A stretch of 63,698 bases of DNA, counting the filler, from Licmophora abbreviata (lineage: Eukaryota), in the NCBI GenBank assembly GCA_900291995.1. It is 13 parts of 13 records of this genome, joined end to end, with 100 filler letters (N's around TTAATTAATTAA, not from the genome) between each part and the next. Parts side by side here need not be neighbours in the genome. Positions count along the whole stretch, not along the records: positions 1 to 11,579 come from OLMU01001228.1; positions 11,680 to 19,273 come from OLMU01001229.1; positions 19,374 to 22,017 come from OLMU01001232.1; 10 more parts are not named here. One strand, given 5' to 3'. This document shows, piece after piece, positions 11,277 to 20,551 of the stretch; the stretch's first letter is position 1, and every line of letters begins with the position of its first letter. Both the position numbers and the translations under genes were made by a program. Below the pieces are notes generated by a model. It was not told where the DNA came from. It saw nothing but the letters and a program-made list of their open reading frames with translations, and searched no databases.

Positions 11277-11986
11277 AAAGGAAAAAGGAGGAACACTGGC
11301 AGCACTTCATCGCACCGAATCGAATCACAGCATCAGTCAGTCATTATCAGTTTTGGGAGTTGTGGGGGACGAACTTAGTTTTCTGTGATAGGGCTAAGTT
11401 TATAGGGATAGCACCCGGAGCATCAACTTTGCTTCCGAGTCGTGTCCTGAAAATTTGAAAAAACACCAACCGTTGGGTGTAATTTTTTGCGCAATCGTGT
11501 GAGTATACACAGCCATCTTTGTGTTCGGAACATCAGCCAGTCCAGGAGACCACAGTCAGCTCCATTTGGCAGGCACTCANNNNNNNNNNNNNNNNNNNNN
11601 NNNNNNNNNNNNNNNNNNNNNNNTTAATTAATTAANNNNNNNNNNNNNNNNNNNNNNNNNNNNNNNNNNNNNNNNNNNNAAAGGAAAAAGGAGGAACACT
11701 GGCAGCACTTCATCGCACCGAATCGAATCACAGCATCAGTCAGTCATCATCAGTTTTGGGAGTTGTGGGGGAAGCACTTATTTTTCTGGGATAGGGCTAA
11801 GTTTACTGTATAGGGATAGCACCCGGAGCATCAACTTTGCTTCCGAGTCGTGTCCTGAAAATTTGAAAAAACACAAACCGTTGGGTGTAATTTTTGCGCA
11901 ATCGTGTGAGTATACACAGCCATCTTTGTGTTCGAAACATCAGCCAGTCCAGGAGACCACAGTCAGCTCCTTTTGGCAGGCACTCA
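11277..11986. repeat. About 305-bp near-identical duplication on both sides of the first gap (11277-11579 and 11680-11986), probably an allelic overlap
   Basis: Both copies run from aaaggaaaaaggaggaacact to caggcactca with a few substitutions and small indels. Confidence 0.9.
11580..11679. other. Artificial scaffold linker
   Basis: N44-TTAATTAATTAA-N44, 100 nt, stop codons in all six frames. Confidence 0.99.
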
Positions 11987-11995
11987 CCGAGAACC

Positions 11996-12805
11996 ATGTT
12001 GATTCAGTCTCCCTTCGTTCCCACCAGCGACGACGTGAACGTCATCGTCGATCGCTTCTTGCCCCGCTCCTACGCGCGTCCCTACCTGTACAACTCGCTC
12101 GTGTCATTGGCCCACAAACTTCATGAAGAGGCCACCAACGCCCATCCTACCGCCCTGAACCTCTCGCTGCAGCCCGACACGTCCAAGTGGACTGTGGAGG
12201 GACGCGAGCAAGATGCAGATACTCTTTATCAATTGCTTCTCGAGAACAAGGCGACCCTCACGCTGGTGCTTCGTCGTCGCATGTATGCCTTGAAACGTCA
12301 CCTCGTCCAGGAGAGCAAACAGATGAGACGCGCGTTGACTTCCTCGTCCATGTTGGTATTGTCGGCCATGGACAAGCGCCGTCAGGCCCAAGCACTCCAC
12401 GAGCTCCTCCCGCACGTGAAGAGCCGTCCGTTTGTGTTCAATCAAATCTCGGTCACTGCAGGACAGCTCGAAAGTGAGGCGCAGTTGTTGGAGCAGATTA
12501 CCAGCCGGGCCAGCAATAGCAAGGCCGTTGTTCCTATTACTCTGACCGATAAGCAGCACATTGGTCGTTACGTTACGAACCCGCCTGCCACGCTTGAGGA
12601 GCGCAACAAGGATATCGAGTTCATGGACGAGCTGCTGTATGTGATCAGTGACCAAGTTGAGGATCAGGATGCCGCCATACACACTCACCTCCTCTTGTGT
12701 TTGCAGGAGTGCCATCACGATGCCAAGGCATTGGAAAAGCACATGATGGTACTCAAGGATGTGCACGATCTGGAGCAGCGAGCCATGCAAACTCTGATTG
12801 AGTAG
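11996..12805 (+). CDS. Hypothetical alpha-helical protein (269 aa)
   Basis: ATG at 11996 (MLIQSPFVPTSDD) in good context (accATG); coding-like codon usage up to the stop. Confidence 0.7.
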   Translation: MLIQSPFVPTSDDVNVIVDRFLPRSYARPYLYNSLVSLAHKLHEEATNAHPTALNLSLQPDTSKWTVEGREQDADTLYQLLLENKATLTLVLRRRMYALKRHLVQESKQMRRALTSSSMLVLSAMDKRRQAQALHELLPHVKSRPFVFNQISVTAGQLESEAQLLEQITSRASNSKAVVPITLTDKQHIGRYVTNPPATLEERNKDIEFMDELLYVISDQVEDQDAAIHTHLLLCLQECHHDAKALEKHMMVLKDVHDLEQRAMQTLIE

Positions 12806-13002
12806 TAGATATTAGATTTGTGATTCATCGATGGATAGATATGGCTGGTGTGCGATTCTAGAAGAAATGTGATATTCGAGTCGACAGCACAGTACGATCT
12901 TCGTATTTTTATTTTGGCAACCGGATCGTACATGTAAGGTGCACCTATACACTAAGTTAAACTACAATGCCTTTCGTGAAGGATCCGTGCTGTTTTATCC
13001 AG

Positions 13003-15486
13003 CTAGGTCTTGCGTAGCGCCCTACGGAATTTGCTCCGTAGGGCTGGCCACACATGTAGGAAAGCGTCGACACACGAGTGATTCAGAATCGCAAGGATCA
13101 AGTGGAGATCTGCGAACGACATGGCACCCTGGCTAAACATGACGAGACCCCGAAGTGGCAAAAAGTCAATGACCTGTTGAGCCATTCGGACATGGGCTTC
13201 GTCTTCCCGGAGTTCTTTAGGAAGGTTGTCCGCAGCTGCTTTACGCAGTGCGCTCAGAAGGAAACGTCCCAATCTCGAATGATGCAAATCTTTCACTCGC
13301 GTGTTCACGTGATACGGCCAGGCATCCAGAGCTGGGTGTGGAAGAGACGAAACTCCAAGCATGCGACAGAAGCTCCCGTCAGATGCAATGAACGTGCATG
13401 CAGAGGGGTGCAGCTCACGTGCTTCGGAGCTCGGAATTTGCCCAGCAGTCACGTCAATCTTGGTTGTCAGGCGAATGTCTCGACTAGAGCTCCCAATACG
13501 AAGCTCAAACACACCAGGCTCAACAATCCAGTCCTTGACGCCAACGTCGTAAAACGAGAATGCACCCTTGTCGAGGGACAATTCGACCGTCTTGGATTTC
13601 CCTGGATCCAGCCAAACTTTCGCAAATGCCTTCAACTCCTGCCGTGGACGGTAAACGGTGCTCTGACAATCGTGGACGTAGCACTGCACGACCTCGGCAG
13701 CTCTGGTGGACCCACGATTCCGGACCGACAAGGTGACTTGAACTGATAGCGGCTCCATGACCACCTTGGGTATTAAAGCACGGTATTCAAAACGGCAGTA
13801 GGACAAGCCGTGACCAAAGGGGAAAAGTACGGGAGTGTCGGCCGAGTCGAATGCCCTGTACCCGACATTCAAGCCCTCGCGATACTCAACATGGTCGTCT
13901 CCCGGAAACCATGTATGAGAGAGCTGATCCTCAACACGTATCGGAAACGTCTCAGCAAGCTTCCCAGAAGGTACTGCCATTCCGAATATCAAGTCCACCA
14001 GTGCCGACCCACCGGCCTGTCCAGCCAGATATCCGGTCATGATAGACTGCGGACCATCGACCCACGGCATGGCCACGGGTGCCCCGTGCGTGAGAACCAC
14101 CACGACTTTGGAGTGACACTTACACACAGTGTCGACGAGGGCATTGTGCTCAGATGGGAGACGGATATGCGAGCGATCCATTCCTTCCGACTCGAATACC
14201 TCGGGCAGTCCGACAAAAACAACAACAACATCAGCTTCCTTCGCCGCAGTTCGGATTTCCTCCTCCGGAATGTCGTAGCCTCCACGGGTGTATGTGACGG
14301 AGCTCGTGTACTCCTGGAACCGATCCAAAGCGCTATCAACCTTATAAGCCTTCACTTGCGAAGATCCCATGCCCTGGTAGCGAGGCTTCTCCACGAGGTC
14401 GCCAAAGAGCGCAATTTTGGCGCCGCGCTGCAACGGCAGGACGTTGTTATCGTTCTTGAGCAGCACCGCACACTCCTTTGCTACCTTTCGAGCCAGCTCG
14501 TGATGCTCGTCCAGGTTGGCTTTAGCAGCACCCTCCGTTTGTCTCAACAGGGCTCGACCCAAGAGACTCACACAGACGTTCCGAGCGACGGACTGATCAA
14601 GGACCTCTTCAGACAGTTCTCCGCATTCCACTGCTTCCATTACTTGCTCGTCAAACGCCCCATGACTGCCCGGCATTTCAAGGTCCAAGCCCGCTTGTAA
14701 GGCATGCACGCGATTATTCATGGCACCCCAGTCGGTCATGATCATACCTTGGTAGCCCCATTCCTCCCGCAAGATGGACTTCCACAATTGCGCATTCTCG
14801 CTGCAAAAGACACCGTTGAGCTTGTTGTATGCGCACATCATAGTGTAGGGCGAGGCCTCTTTCACGACAATCTCGAATCCTCGCAAGTATACTTCTCTCA
14901 GCGTGCGTTCATCCACCAAAACATTGACTCGCATACGATTGTGCTCTTGATTGTTGACACACACATGCTTGACGCAGGCTCCGACTCCCAGGGCCTGAAT
15001 GCCTCGCACCAGCGAGCCCGCCAGTGTCCCACTCAGATACGGATCCTCACTGTAGTACTCAAAGTTGCGCCCCCCACACACGTGCCGTTTGATGTTCAAA
15101 CCTGGTCCGAGCAAGACTGCCACCTTGTGTGAAATGCACTCTTGCGCAAGGGCCTTGCCGACCGTCTCGACGAGTTCCGTGTCCCAGCTGCATGCCATGC
15201 AGCTCGCGGTAGGAAAGCATGTGGCGTCGACGCGGCCTTCTAGTAAGGTACGAGAGTCCCCGTCCAGCTGCTTGCGCAAGCCATGCGGGCCATCGGTCAA
15301 GCAGATGGACGGAATGTCGTGCGACTGGATTGCCTTCATGTTCCACATGTCTTGGCCCGAAACTAGTTCAATCTTTTGCTGTAAACTGAGTTGTCCGACA
15401 ATCTTCTGGGCCTCGGCCACCAAATTCGAGTCATAAGGGCTCTGAGTGCCGTGATATCTGGCATCATTGTTGGAAGGCGTTTTCAT
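13003..15486 (-). CDS. Glycoside hydrolase family 3 beta-glucosidase with fibronectin III-like domain
   Basis: TDGPHGLRKQ, LLGPGLNIKR, GGRNFEYYSEDP, KHVCVNNQE, nucleophile MTDWG, DLEMPG, VLLKND, ESEGMDR, PSGKLAETFP, FPFGHGLSY and EVVQCY...PRQELKAFAKV. Intronless, no signal peptide. Confidence 0.95.
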   Translation of the reverse strand: MKTPSNNDARYHGTQSPYDSNLVAEAQKIVGQLSLQQKIELVSGQDMWNMKAIQSHDIPSICLTDGPHGLRKQLDGDSRTLLEGRVDATCFPTASCMACSWDTELVETVGKALAQECISHKVAVLLGPGLNIKRHVCGGRNFEYYSEDPYLSGTLAGSLVRGIQALGVGACVKHVCVNNQEHNRMRVNVLVDERTLREVYLRGFEIVVKEASPYTMMCAYNKLNGVFCSENAQLWKSILREEWGYQGMIMTDWGAMNNRVHALQAGLDLEMPGSHGAFDEQVMEAVECGELSEEVLDQSVARNVCVSLLGRALLRQTEGAAKANLDEHHELARKVAKECAVLLKNDNNVLPLQRGAKIALFGDLVEKPRYQGMGSSQVKAYKVDSALDRFQEYTSSVTYTRGGYDIPEEEIRTAAKEADVVVVFVGLPEVFESEGMDRSHIRLPSEHNALVDTVCKCHSKVVVVLTHGAPVAMPWVDGPQSIMTGYLAGQAGGSALVDLIFGMAVPSGKLAETFPIRVEDQLSHTWFPGDDHVEYREGLNVGYRAFDSADTPVLFPFGHGLSYCRFEYRALIPKVVMEPLSVQVTLSVRNRGSTRAAEVVQCYVHDCQSTVYRPRQELKAFAKVWLDPGKSKTVELSLDKGAFSFYDVGVKDWIVEPGVFELRIGSSSRDIRLTTKIDVTAGQIPSSEARELHPSACTFIASDGSFCRMLGVSSLPHPALDAWPYHVNTRVKDLHHSRLGRFLLSALRKAAADNLPKELREDEAHVRMAQQVIDFLPLRGLVMFSQGAMSFADLHLILAILNHSCVDAFLHVWPALRSKFRRALRKT

Positions 15487-15807
15487 GATCACCGCGGCGG
15501 ATCTTCTCTGCGTTCCAAAGACCAACTCGAAGGTTCAAGTCGTCTTGACGAGCACAATAACAGCATCGCAAAACACAGAAAAAAGAGCGCCGCCATGAGG
15601 ATGACGACAGACGGCCAGAGCATGATGTTCAATGTCCAAGTGAGTCATTTGTCATAATGACCATTGATAGTCATGAATGACCATTGATAATTTCGTCGCC
15701 ACAATTTGCAGCTTCGTTGCGTTGCGTTCACCACATCACACCTTGACGAGTATCATTCATTTACTGTCGACTGACTCTACATCACGCTTGTTGCAATCAT
15801 TATCACC

Positions 15808-16128
15808 ATGAAGATCATACCTATCATAACCTTGTGCCTTGCCCTGACCAGTTGGACGACTGCAGCCACCATCACCGACGAAGCAGGAGCTCGCGACGAG
15901 ACGAGCCTTCGAGCACGACGACGACAACGACGACTGGACACCTATGTTTCACAGTTTGACGACACCAGCAGTAGCAGTGAAGCCTATGACGATGATTTCT
16001 CGGATGATTTCTCGGACGTGGATGAATCTGGTAGCGGTAGCAATGGCAAGGAGGAACTACCAGTTTTGGGAGACGACGATATCTTCCCCGGGGACGACGA
16101 TGATGATAGCACACAGTTCACTGGATAG
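15808..16128 (+). CDS. Small secreted Asp/Ser-rich peptide precursor with RRL processing site (silacidin-like)
   Basis: Signal peptide MKIIPIITLCLALTSWTTA, then SLRARRRQRRL, then a 63-aa tail with about 22 D/E and 11 S. Confidence 0.7.
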   Translation: MKIIPIITLCLALTSWTTAATITDEAGARDETSLRARRRQRRLDTYVSQFDDTSSSSEAYDDDFSDDFSDVDESGSGSNGKEELPVLGDDDIFPGDDDDDSTQFTG

Positions 16129-17663
16129 AGAGAGACTGTGGCAGATGTGAGCGCAGTGCCAACAGTCATTTAAAAAGTGTGCTAGCGACACAAGAGTCGA
16201 GATAGAGACCGGGCATAGACGAGCCAGGGTGAATGGCGTATGGCTCACGAAACGAAGCGATGTGAGCTCAATATGAACGTCGTAGAAACTGTTCGTCTAT
16301 CTAAGATAAAGTGTACACAATGATCATATGCACGCTAGGATTTAGACTTAAGGGCCCCTAACGAGTGGATGTCTCAATACACAAAATCCACTTTGTCGAA
16401 CGTCTTATCAGATGCTCACAAAAATATATGCGACCTCCAAATTTTGATCCCATCCAATTTTTCCAGACTTCTTTAGTCTTGTTCCCTCACCAAAAGTGGG
16501 AACCACTGAAAACACAGTGGGAATCGAGTCAATTCTCAAATTCTTCCTCTCTCTAGCATGTCTACCATGAATATATCCAAGTCGTCTACTGTTACAGGGA
16601 TGTTGGATCCGACGAAGCGCTAAAAGTGAAGGATGACTCGTGCTCATCGCCGCCGCGGTCAAAGCCTGCACGCAAGACTACCGCCGCTGTTGTCTTGCAG
16701 CCACCGTCCCCAACCTCGGCATTCGAATTTGTAACACCATTCTGCTTTGAGACAGTTCACATGATGAATCAGAAGTTCTTGATGACACTCGAAAACATAA
16801 ACAAGGAAATCAATTTTGGGAAGGACAGGTTCTTTGAGCCAGTGCAACTCGCAACGGATATCAGAAAGGATGGCTCCGAAGAGAACGAGGGACTACAACT
16901 TGAACTGGTTTACTCCGAGGATGAGCAGTCTGAGATATCTTTGGATGGCTTGGCGCTCTTGAGTTTGGAGCAGTAGGCATTGAAGCCTGTCCCGTGTCGG
17001 TTGATGTGATTGTGAGAAGGGGCAGAAATAGCAAAAGTAACAGATAGAAAGAGCTAACGAACTAACAAATCTGAAGTATTGCAAGGCGGACCTCTGCGTC
17101 TGGTCGTTACTACCATAGGCTGATGATCGTGGACTGCAGTCGATTATCTCCGGTAGAGACATGCGACTATGCCATTTTAAGAATGGCACGCCGTCTCCGT
17201 CGACGTTTTCCAACACTCCACCGTCGACTCGCCTGACTCGCTGGAGTCAGACAGTCTAGTTTTGAGGTACCACAATATTCATGAAATTTTTCTACGCTAC
17301 ACCCGGACACATGGTCGACGATGCGAGCCATGTGGTGCAACAGAAGAAATTGCAATGCGATTCACCCCTGAGGTGCCAAACACATGGATACTCAACTGCT
17401 CAAAAAATTGGATGGGAACATTCTTTGCGTTTCATCTCGGAGACTCGTGAGTCGGAGCTGCAAAGTTCGATTCCACCCGTCAACGCCTTTCCGTTTACAC
17501 CGACGGCACTCATGACTCGCTTCAAACCTCTTTCATGTGCAAGATTATCAAAGTATGCACACAGTTCACGAGGCTCAAAGGTGCAGGCGCACCGACACGC
17601 CATTCTCCGATCAAAATTTCGTCACTGGGGCGGCACAATCCGGCAAAACCAAGTGCCTTCAGC

Positions 17664-19222
17664 ATGGAGGACCTCTTCTTCGTGACAAGCGATCAGGGAA
17701 AAGATATTGGTAACACTTGGAAGCACTCGCCAGCGCTACTTCGTATCCAGATGAACAGGCAAAATATGGCTCAGGAAGCGAACGAGTCAGGATTTCGTTT
17801 TCAGGATGATGGCGAGCTTCCCGGCGCTAACACGGACGTAGATGACGACGACTTCATCTCTCTCCCTCAAGGCCTACAGTCAACACCCAGACGAGTCTTT
17901 TGCAGCGGCCCTACCCCATCACCACGAGTAGCTCCTCCTTTTGCTTGGCCTCCACTGCCAGAAGTCCTTGTTCATACGAGCAAACGAGTTGGAGACGGGA
18001 CTGACGACTCTGCGACCAACGAGTCCCGTCGCACGTGCGAGGACATAGACTTCTCGTATTCTCGATCTTCCGATCAAGGCGAGGACATCGTAAAGAAGCC
18101 GAGGGCAGTAACTGAGCCCGTAGGGTTCCATCGAGCTGCCTCCTTTGCGCTTGTTCGTCCTCAGGATCATCATTTCACCCCCGTATATCCGGTTCAAGAC
18201 ATGCCGCTGACATACTATATGCCTCCGCAGACATCTACTACTCGGATCGACAACCTCGTCTCGGCTGCGAGGGCAGATGCTCCGACACATAAAGTAGTCG
18301 AATCCGGCGAGGATGACGTCCCTGACGAATTTAGCCCCGCACAGCTGCCGTACTCGGGTCAACTTTTCCCGTCTCCAACTGCTACACACTCGTCTCCCAT
18401 GTCAGAAAAACCCTGTTCCGCCCCATCACCGCGACGACCCGCACACGCTCGCCGTAAAGCTGCCAAGAAGTCCAGTTCTGCCCGACGACCTTCTGCCATT
18501 TCAACGTCTGCGCTTGCCCCCATCGCCCTAGACAGAGCACGGTTGGTTCCCAAGGACGATGAACTAGCAACCGCAACCAATACCAGGCTCCGAGATGCCC
18601 TCGACACATGGTATAGCCGGCTCAATGAACTCTACCAATACAAATTGAAACACGGAGATTGCAATGTGCCTCAAAAACAAGGGCCACTCGGAATCTGGGT
18701 CAACAAGCAGCGCATGGAACAGAAGGCGCGCGACGACGGTAAAAAGTCTTCTATGACGGACGGTCGACTGGAGGCATTGAATCGCATCGGCTTCACTTGG
18801 GCCAAGCGCAAGGGCGATCACATTTGGAATGAACGATTTGGTGAGCTTCAAGCTTATGGTCGGAAGCATGGTAACCGTGAGTACCAACTCGTTGCAGTCG
18901 TACCTTGACCATCTAAGCCCTTGTTCTATTCGTCTTACAAATATCATTCCCACCTCACAGCAAATGTACCCACCAAGTATCCCGAGAAACCAGCCCTCGG
19001 ACGATGGTAAGTGCAATTGTTCGTTCCGACTGTTTCACACGTGTATCGCATACTCACATATCCTTGTTGCGATCCCCAAAACTCTGCAACAGGGTCAGCA
19101 CCCAGCGTTCTCAGTACAAACTATATTTGAACGGCAAGAAGTCAACACTGAACGCTCAGAAGATCAAGAAGCTCAACAAAGAAGGGTTTCAGTGGAGCAT
19201 GTCGCAACAAGAAGATCGATGA
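17664..19222 (+). CDS. Helicase-associated (HA) domain protein, putative DNA-binding regulator; 3 exons
   Basis: Two HA repeats: WYSRLNELYQYKLKHGDCNVPQ..LGIWVNKQR..LNRIGFTW and WNERFGELQAYGRKHGNPNVPTKYP..LGRWVSTQR..LNKEGFQW. Introns 18877-18960 and 19007-19092 restore the frame. The start codon is uncertain. Confidence 0.88.
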
Positions 19223-19273
19223 CCTATTCCATCGTTGAAATAAGTGATGTAGGAAAGAAAATTAATGTCTTGT

Positions 19274-19373
19274 NNNNNNNNNNNNNNNNNNNNNNNNNNN
19301 NNNNNNNNNNNNNNNNNTTAATTAATTAANNNNNNNNNNNNNNNNNNNNNNNNNNNNNNNNNNNNNNNNNNNN
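19274..19373. other. Artificial scaffold linker
   Basis: N44-TTAATTAATTAA-N44. Confidence 0.99.
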
Positions 19374-19661
19374 ATGAGAGCGCGAAGCCCAACAGTCTGT
19401 ACGTGAGCCGGTATCGGCATACCTGTGGTGCCGCCCTTTTAGTAGGCTTCGAGAGAAAGTACGACAACGAAGGTCTGCCTACTAGTCTACCGATACCCAA
19501 GTAGTCTACTCGAAATCGAAATACTGAAGTCAACATCTAGTAGCAGCAGGAGTCCTATCGCGAACGAAAAAATGTCCAGTGACACCAGCCAAACAACAAC
19601 AAATCGCAGCAAAAGTTGTCCATCATTCCCTCTATAAAACTCTACAGATGAGAAGGCTCAC

Positions 19662-20021
19662 TCACACTCCAATCGCCCTCTCTTTGCATTCTTCAACCGG
19701 TCCCGCTCTTCTGAGATGAATAGGTTCTGTTGAGTCGCAGCACAATGACTCCATATAGGTATGGAACGAAAGAGTGTAATATCCAGAACCCTCTTCCCCG
19801 ACATAGTCGCACTTCCCCACACATGTTCTCGGCTTTGGTCCTATGGAATGTTTGAGTGGCTTGGCATCGCAAGTACCCGGTTCGAAGAGTTCGCACAAGG
19901 TATCGGGGCAGTCTACCGCCTGGTTGGGTCCAAGAGCTGTCACCTTTTGCACGCAACACTTGGCCTCTATTTCTATTACCGAGTCTGCTAGTATCAAGAA
20001 GAGTAGGATCCAGATGGACAT
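19662..20021 (-). CDS. Small secreted cysteine-rich protein (about 119 aa, 10 Cys)
   Basis: Signal peptide MSIWILLFLILADSVIEIEA followed by a mature region with 10 cysteines, including two CC pairs. Confidence 0.6.
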   Translation of the reverse strand: MSIWILLFLILADSVIEIEAKCCVQKVTALGPNQAVDCPDTLCELFEPGTCDAKPLKHSIGPKPRTCVGKCDYVGEEGSGYYTLSFHTYMESLCCDSTEPIHLRRAGPVEECKERAIGV

Positions 20022-20551
20022 CCTTGATCGATGAAAAGAGATACTTGAGCTCATTTGAAAGGCAAGTCAGGCATGGTGTCTCGGATGGTGAAGCATGCGG
20101 GAACGCAACCTTCAACATCCACATCGTCAAGTGGCGTGATGATGACCCGAGTCTCGCTTTTATCGCGCTCGCGAATGACGAGGTGCGCGATAGAAATGTC
20201 ATTGCAGTCATTTCTCTCTAAGCGAACTCAAACACGAAGACGTTTCAATGATGCAGATTATCAAGAATGATCTGTCAGTCTTGGATTGTATAATACAAAA
20301 CAAGCAGACGCTCAGAGAGAGTTCAAACGGTGTGTGGTTGAAAGCGCGCGCACGCGCCGGTTGACGTGAACCCCTCTCATCGGATTTCGGATTGCGGTGC
20401 CAGTTCGGCCGTGAAGCCATGAAGGTAAAACGTTTAGTACGATCCGGGAAACCACAGCACCTCCTGTACCAGTTTCTCAATCTAAAGAACCGGCCGCCCG
20501 AGTAGAGTTCTAAAAGAAAGGAAGCACGCACGTCCCCAGATTCCAAGTGCA

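Noticed and set aside
13078..15132. Plus-strand ORFs of 222, 296 and 142 aa
   Set aside because: Antisense shadows of the GH3 gene.
16557..16976. 116-aa GTG-initiated ORF, possibly the last exon of a small gene
   Set aside because: No in-frame ATG at the start, no recognisable motif and no convincing upstream exon; too weak to call.
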